A stretch of 64,000 nucleotides of DNA, taken from contig NW_025766984.1 of NCBI RefSeq assembly GCF_003918875.1, positions 1,054,001 to 1,118,000 on the forward strand. The letters run 5' to 3'. The stretch comes from Haliotis rubra (Eukaryota). Shown here piece by piece: positions 57,901 to 64,000 of the stretch. The number at the start of each line of letters is the position of its first letter. The stretch's first letter is position 1. Position numbers and translations under genes: made by a program. The notes under the pieces were generated by a model. The model worked only from the letters and a program-made list of their open reading frames with translations. It made no database searches and had not been told where the DNA came from.

Positions 57901-60665
57901 AGCTGTGAAGCAAAATCAGATTTTCACTCCAATAAGATAGGCAACAACATATGAGGTCATTGTGAAAAATGTTCATACCCATTGTGTCTAACTGTTGAAT
58001 AATACAAAACAATAAGATAGGCAACAACATATGAGGTCACTGTGAAAAGTGTTCATACCCATTGTGTCTAACTGTTGAATAATACAAAACAACTAGTTTT
58101 AGTGACTGTGGCGTGATTATTATTTTTTATTTAGTTATCTTTTCCTGAATATATGCTTCCCTTTTTTTTAAATAATCACAAACCATGCGGTGAGTACTTT
58201 CTTCTGTACATCAGTTTATATTGCTTGGAAAAAATATTTATGTATCAAACTGTTGAACAACATTCTCTGCAACAAACAATACTTTGTTGCAAGAGGCGTT
58301 ATTTAAAAATATATTTAGGCAGCTGAAAACAACTTTATTTTCATTAGAATATCATATCTTTGTCCTTTTGAGCGTTCAGTTTGTTTTTAGTGCCAAACCT
58401 TTCATTTCACTTCATGAGTGAGTGAGAGAATTTAGTTTTACGCCGCTTTTAGCAATATTCCAGCAATATCATAGCAGGGGACACCAGAAATGGGCTTCAC
58501 ACATTGTACCCATGTGGGGAATTGACTCGGGTCTTTGGCGTGACAGGCGAACACTTTAACCACAGGGCTGCCTCACCGCCCATTTCACTTCATGAAAAAT
58601 GGTAGATGTTTTAGACTGATAAGGGAAGATGCTTATCATTTTCACAGAAATAATTGTATTTACAACTGTGGGCTTGCAAGAACTTCATGGGATGTGAATG
58701 ACTGTGTCATCATGTTTATTCTATTTGTGATTGTTGTTTGTGGCTCTGGTTAGTCACAGTTATATGTATCATCCAAGGTAAGATGGCTTTTAGTTTTAAC
58801 TGAGCCATGATGAATGTATCCCTCTAGGCATGATATCTGCCCTGGACGATGGTGTGGGGGAGGTGATGAAGGCGCTCACAGACACTGGTCTCCTCAACAA
58901 CTCCATCATTGTGTTCACCACTGATAATGGTGGCCCGTCTAACGGATTCGACTATAATGCAGCCAGCAACTTCCCTCTCAGGTAACCATAGACACTTGAC
59001 TCCAGGTAAAACTGTATCACTTCTTGTACAAGGGTAAATATGTTAGGGATAAACCATTAAAAATTTAGGGTGAGATGGGGATTGGGAGTGGGATAGTTTC
59101 TAGAAAATATTAAACATTGTGAGTAAATAACAATATGTGTGTTCTAATTTGATGTATTTTTTCTAATTTGGGGGTTTAGCTTATATGCCAATTTGATGTA
59201 TAAAGACTAGATTAAGTGTCTACCAAAAAATACAGTTTGTTATTCTTATTGATTGAAAAGATACAGAATTGAGCACTAACGATGTTGGGAAAAAATAATA
59301 ATACTATCAAAAACGAAAATGATGATCTCAAACCCAGCCCTCCATGTAAGTCCTCAGGGCCTCTGTCTAGACTAACTCTTAGTCTCTGAATATATATAAT
59401 TTTGATAGTAACATAAAACCCATTTAAATTGAAAAGGATCCCCAGGAATACCAGAGCTGAGGAAATCTAGACTTGCTTCATTTGGAGCTTTTGCACTGCA
59501 GAGAGGGCGAGGCAGTAGGGAAAATAATGTGGTTCAGGGACTGTGACAGACTAGGCCTCTATCTTACCTTGGTGTGCCCATCTTTAAGCATTTACAGACA
59601 CATCTGCTGCTGTGTAATTGTTCTCAGTAGTGTATGTTTTATAGTTTCAGAAGAAAGTGTCCCCCCAAACTTCTCCAATCTGTGAAAATCCTTGGTAGAG
59701 TTGGTTTGCAGCCCCCCATGGTATCGTGAGCAGCGACTAATGGGATCGGGTTGTCAGGCTCACTGACTTATTTGATGCATGTCATCATATCCCATGCCAG
59801 TTACATAGATTGATGCTAATGATGTTAATCACTGGATTGTCTGGTCCAGACTTTATTATTTATAGACTGCCACCAAATAGCTGGAATGTTGCAAACAAAT
59901 TGTTCATGACACATGTTCTATTTTCATGCAGAGGGGTGAAAAACACTCTTTGGGAAGGAGGAGTGCGAGGGGTTGGCATCGTCCACAGCCCGTTGCTCCA
60001 GAAGTCTGGGTACGTGTCAGAGCAGATGCTCCATCTCACCGACTGGCTCCCAACGCTGTACCGATCTGCTGGGGGCGATCCCAAAAAAACTGAAACACCC
60101 TGATGGCTTTGACTCATGGGAAATGCTGTCGACCAATGGGAAGCCAGTTAGGACTGAAATGCTCCATAACATAGACCCTACGTATCATTTTGGAGGATTG
60201 AGAGTTGGCGATTACAAACTGTTGACTGGTGATGTTGGAATGCATTGGGACGGATGGTACCCACCATGGCAACTTTCGTCGGACAATCTGTATTTCCATG
60301 TTGATAACTACACCAGAAGTGGGTTCCCTCGTGAATATTTCACAGGTCATGGTTATCTGCCGAAACAAAACAGCAATAGATCTCGTCGTAGCCAGTTTTC
60401 TCCGGTTACAGTCAACTGTGGTCCCAAACCTGCCAATGCCAGCACAAACTGCGATCCTACAAAGTCGCCATGTTTATTTCACATTCCGTCAGATCCTTGT
60501 GAGTACAACAACATCGCGGACGAGAGGAAAGACATAGTGATCCAGCTCCTAACCCGTCTGGAGCAGTACAGCTACACCATGGTTCCCCCCGGCAACAAGG
60601 GCTCGGACGACCGCGGCAACCCATCGCATCACGGAGGGGTGTGGGACCCATGGGTTAACTTGTGA
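51921..60665 (+). CDS. ARSB: Arylsulfatase B-like paralog G5, 8 exons; 1-nt insertion in exon 8 as assembled (541 aa if corrected)
   Basis: Exons 51921-52016, 54578-54737, 55376-55488, 55760-55876, 56612-56734, 57675-57804, 58828-58981, 59932-60665. Signal peptide, [34 protein letters not shown]. The A7 run at 60083-60089 shifts the frame ([11 protein letters not shown]). Confidence 0.9.
52127..52659. mobile_element. TAG..CTA MITE with a second TIR element (about 52169-52495) nested inside
   Basis: Outer parts align with 59368-59553; the inner element has ggggtgaaa.ggta TIRs. Confidence 0.6.
53280..54200. repeat. Compound minisatellite in G5 intron 1 (33-nt units evolving into a 100-nt higher-order repeat)
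   Basis: caatacattacctagtacaggtacattgtacaa units; tgaccttgta/tcaccttgta recurs at 53761, 53861, 53961, 54061 and 54161. Confidence 0.9.
54738..55285 (+). repeat. Splice-donor-derived 26-nt array in G5 intron 2 (about 20 units)
   Basis: Unit gtgag(at/cc)(g/a)gacaccccatacacacag copies the exon-2 end gacaccctatacacacag|gtgaga. Confidence 0.93.
55900..56528 (+). repeat. 40-nt minisatellite filling most of G5 intron 4 (about 15 units)
   Basis: Unit gaatagaacagggttgtgtcggaccaggtgatgtgtcatt. Confidence 0.9.
56732..57612 (+). repeat. 22-nt donor-containing minisatellite filling G5 intron 5 (about 40 units)
   Basis: Unit gtatgttgtacacctggt(gc/ag/ac)ag; the first unit starts exactly at the real donor gag|gtatgt. 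Confidence 0.93.
57930..58092. repeat. 80-bp tandem duplication
   Basis: caataagataggcaacaacatatgaggtca... occurs twice. Confidence 0.85.
58417..58580 (-). mobile_element. SINE family A
   Basis: TSD catttcacttcatga. Confidence 0.85.
59368..59553. mobile_element. MITE with TAG..CTA termini and 10-bp TSD
   Basis: ggcctctgtc / ggcctctatc flanks. Confidence 0.7.
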
Positions 60666-61837
60666 TACATCAATTAGACGTAGAATCCTGATTTTCAGGC
60701 TATGTTTTTAACAAACTGTTGTAGTCCTGTAGCCCCTTTTATGTTTTCTTTGAAAAATTGTGATAGCCAGGGGACAGGGAAACCATGTCATCTGCATGTT
60801 GTTTTAGTTTTTGTTGTTGTTGATGCATGAGTGGTCGATGGCTAATATTTGTTGTTTAGGCTTTGCCTCCATATTTCATGACAAAGTCAGTCAATTATAC
60901 ATATCTTGTATTCTGTCCCTGGATGTAATGCTCTCCAGATCTGGATGTCTCCAGGTCTCCTATCACACTTCTATGGTTTCTGTCTGTAATTGACCAGCTG
61001 CACAGATCACATCCAGTTGTTTCATCAGCATTCTGGAAGATGATGAGTCAATAATAAAGCATACGACTTTATGGATAAGTTCTTGTTTATTGTGACTACA
61101 ACCAAGTACTGAAAAGTATAATATACACAGTATGCTGTGACAAACATCAGATTAACATTATCAATGGTATGTAATTGAATAGCAAGTGATGCATATTTGG
61201 ATGGGGCCTGTTGTGGAGTAAGCTATTGGTTGTGTCACTTATTGCTTGAAAACAGTGTTAGAATTTACACCGAAATGTCACTCTATGCAATAAACAAAAG
61301 TTGTTCTCCATAAAGTCATATGCTTTAATATGAAATCACATCCAACCAAATATATTTATTTTATTCAACCTATGTGTATTATAAGACAATGTTCTTGTTT
61401 CATGCTACTAACCTAGTTATTTACTGATGATCACAAAGTTTGGGCACAGAGCCTTCAAGGATAAGAACCTTGTCCTCATCAGTATCAGACATTGTGAAAC
61501 TTCACTACACAATGGTTTTCTTGTATTTCTAGTGGTCGCCATCTTGAAATTTCTTCAGGAATAGTTAGTTATAGCTGATATACAAGAGAACTGAAATGAA
61601 AACAACAAAACAAATTTCAGAATGGTCTCTGCTGCCTTGATGCACTACATGCTGTACCATATTCTCAGTCAGCATCCTGCTCCACCTAGTTCTCAATGAC
61701 CAACTTCGGAAAGAGTAATCATTGTAGCTTCACCTCCAGAAACCAAAAGTTCCAGGACTTATACTTTCTTGTGTGTATGACAGACTTTTTGACAGGAAAT
61801 AGCAGTGAAGAAGGGGTAGATTATCTTCAAGTTACTG

Positions 61838-62066
61838 TACCATTCAAAACAAGTAGGGGATATTCCAATTTGCGAGCATGCCACTAGCCAGTGCCAATGC
61901 ATATGAGAAAAGTAAAAAATCCATACAGATGAAACATTTCCAAAGGAATGGAATAAATTGTCACATTTTTCCTTAATTTCTCTTCATCATCTGTTTCCTC
62001 CTTGGCTTCTTCATTTGCATTTGATCAATCTTGTAAATCCAATATCCCCTACTTTTTTGGATGGTA
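61838..62066. mobile_element. MITE, reverse copy of 4987-5217
   Basis: Same TIRs and internal sequence, opposite orientation. Confidence 0.75.
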
Positions 62067-62873
62067 TATTATAAAATATGGCCACGTTTCATTTGTACAA
62101 ATATGGTCGGTCTGGAGCATGCAGAAACGGCTTGTTATTATTGAAAGTTTGCACTGGATTTCTGCTTTGGGCTCGTGGTCATGATTGAAACTGCTGTCAA
62201 CGTGAAGTCATGTTCATATGTTACTGTCATTATGAAGCTACAACCATTATCTTCTTTTGAGATGATTTCAGGGATGTACTATGGATGAAATATTTCAGGG
62301 AATTACTCAGTCCATAGCATTTATCAGTACAAATACCTCAAGGAGATATATTCTCAACTGAGATGATTAAAGCTGTATTTATTAAATTAATTTCCATGGA
62401 TGACAAGTATGTTGCTAATGATAAGGACATGTTACAGTCGATGCTCATGATGCTGATCACTGGATTGTCTGGTTCAGACTCGATTATTTACAGACCTTCG
62501 CCATTTATAGCTGGAATATTGTTGAGCGCGATGTTAAACAACCAACCAACCCTAGGCAGATCCAGAGGGTGTGTGCAGGGGTGCTCATCCCACTTTGTCA
62601 TGTAAGTTTATTAAATGACCATTGAAACTCGTGTAAAGGGGTGAAAATGAACTGTGCAAACCCCCAACCCCCCCTTTCTCAAAAAGCTGTATCCACCCCT
62701 GCAACCAACCAACCAGCCAGCCTCACGTATCAGGCTCACATTAGGTGCCATGTGGGTTGGTGTTCGTCTAGATACCAGCAGATATTGAGATATTGGTCAC
62801 CATGGCCTTCATCAAATTTTTAAGTGCTGATGATTATTTGTCCTCAAGGGCATCTGTCAACAGAAAACAGTGA

Positions 62874-64000
62874 TATCTCTACCAGTGAATAGCTGACACA
62901 GCACTATCTCTACCAGTGAATAGCTGACACAGCACTATCTCTACCAGTGAATAGCTGACACAGCACTATCTCTACCAGAGAATAGCTGACACAGCACTAT
63001 CTCTACCAGAGAATAGCTGACACAGCACTATCTCTTTCTCTACCAGAGAATAGCTGACACAGCACTATCTCTACCAGAATAGCTGACGCAGCACTATCTC
63101 TACCAGCTGACACAGCACTATCTCTACCAGTGAATAGCTGACACAGCACTATCTCTACCAGAGAATAGCTGACACAGCACTATCTCTACCAGTGAATAGC
63201 TGACACAGCACTATCTCTACCAGTGAATAGCTGACACAGCACTATCTCTACCAGTGAATAGCTGACACAGCACTATCTCTACCAGAGAATAGCTGACACA
63301 GCACTATCTCTACCAGTGAATAGCTGTCACACTATCTCTACCAGAGAATGGCTGACACAGCACTCTCTACCAGTGAATAGCTGACACAGCACTATCTCTA
63401 CCAGTGAATAGCTGACTGGCACTATCTCTACCAGTGAATAGCTGACACAGTGAATAGCACTACTATCTCTACCAGTGAATAGCTGACACAGCACTATCTC
63501 TACCAGTGAATAGCTGACACAGCACTGTCTCTACCAGTGAATAGCTGACACAGCACTATCTCTACCAGTGAATAGCTGACACAGGCACTATCTCTACCAG
63601 TGAATAGCTGACACAGCACTATCTCTACCAGTGAATGGCTGACACAGCACTATCTCTACCAGTGAATAGCTGACACAGCACTATCTCTACCAGTGAATAG
63701 CTGACACAGCACTATCTCTACCAGTGAATAGCTGACACAGCACTATCTCTACCAGTGAATAGCTGACACAGCACTATCTCTACCAGTGAATAGCTGACAC
63801 AGCACTATCTCTACCAGTGAATAGCTGACACAGCACTATCTCTACCAGTGAATAGCTGACACAGCACTATCTCTACCAGTGAATAGCTGACACACTGCTA
63901 CTGAATAGCTGACACAGCACTATCTCTACCAGTGAATAGCTGACACAGCACTATCTCTACCAGTGAATAGCTGACACAGCACTATCTCTACCAGTGAATA
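62874..64000. repeat. 31-nt minisatellite (about 36 copies, runs off the window)
   Basis: Unit cactatctctaccagtgaatagctgacacag. Confidence 0.95.

Noticed and set aside
58982-59040. Duplicated donors after G5 exon 7 (ccag|gtaaaa, aagg|gtaaat)
   Set aside because: Too degenerate to call a repeat, and read-through hits TAA immediately; could be chance.
60075-60095. Programmed ribosomal frameshift in G5 (CCC AAA AAA A)
   Set aside because: The paralogs are in frame here and similar single homopolymer indels occur in G2 and G3, so assembly error or mutation is simpler.
61420-62360. Coding-like minus-strand stretches after G5
   Set aside because: Stops in all frames and no recognisable domain.
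62874-64000. CRISPR-like array of 31-nt repeats (also the other regular arrays)
   Set aside because: Units are head to tail with no unique spacers, there are no cas genes, and the context is eukaryotic.

Overview
This is eukaryotic, intron-rich genomic DNA, probably from a gastropod mollusc such as abalone (inferred from gene and repeat content only). The core is a cluster of five 8-exon arylsulfatase B-like (formylglycine-dependent, CxPxR) genes. Four lie in tandem on the minus strand (G1 5510-15225, G2 23758-31128, G3 35380-40975, G4 41906-49326) and one is divergent on the plus strand (G5 51921-60665). G1 and G4 are intact. G2, G3 and G5 each carry a single 1-nt indel at a homopolymer run, which could be assembly error or recent pseudogenisation. 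The most unusual feature is that in all five paralogs intron 2 begins with a tandem array made of copies of that gene's own exon-2 end plus 5' splice donor. Unit sizes differ (about 26, 50 and 42-43 nt), and at least one array (G4) appears to have arisen independently. Further donor-seeded duplications occur in G5 introns 4 and 5 and in G1/G3 intron 1. G2 looks like an unequal-crossover chimera (5' like G1, 3' like G3), and G4 has a probable gene-conversion tract. Introns and spacers hold a full-length but defective I/Nimb-like LINE with TSD, many SINEs of three families, Penelope, MULE, Tc1 and XPG-domain transposon remnants, several MITEs and minisatellites. No CRISPR array or real tRNA/rRNA gene was found.
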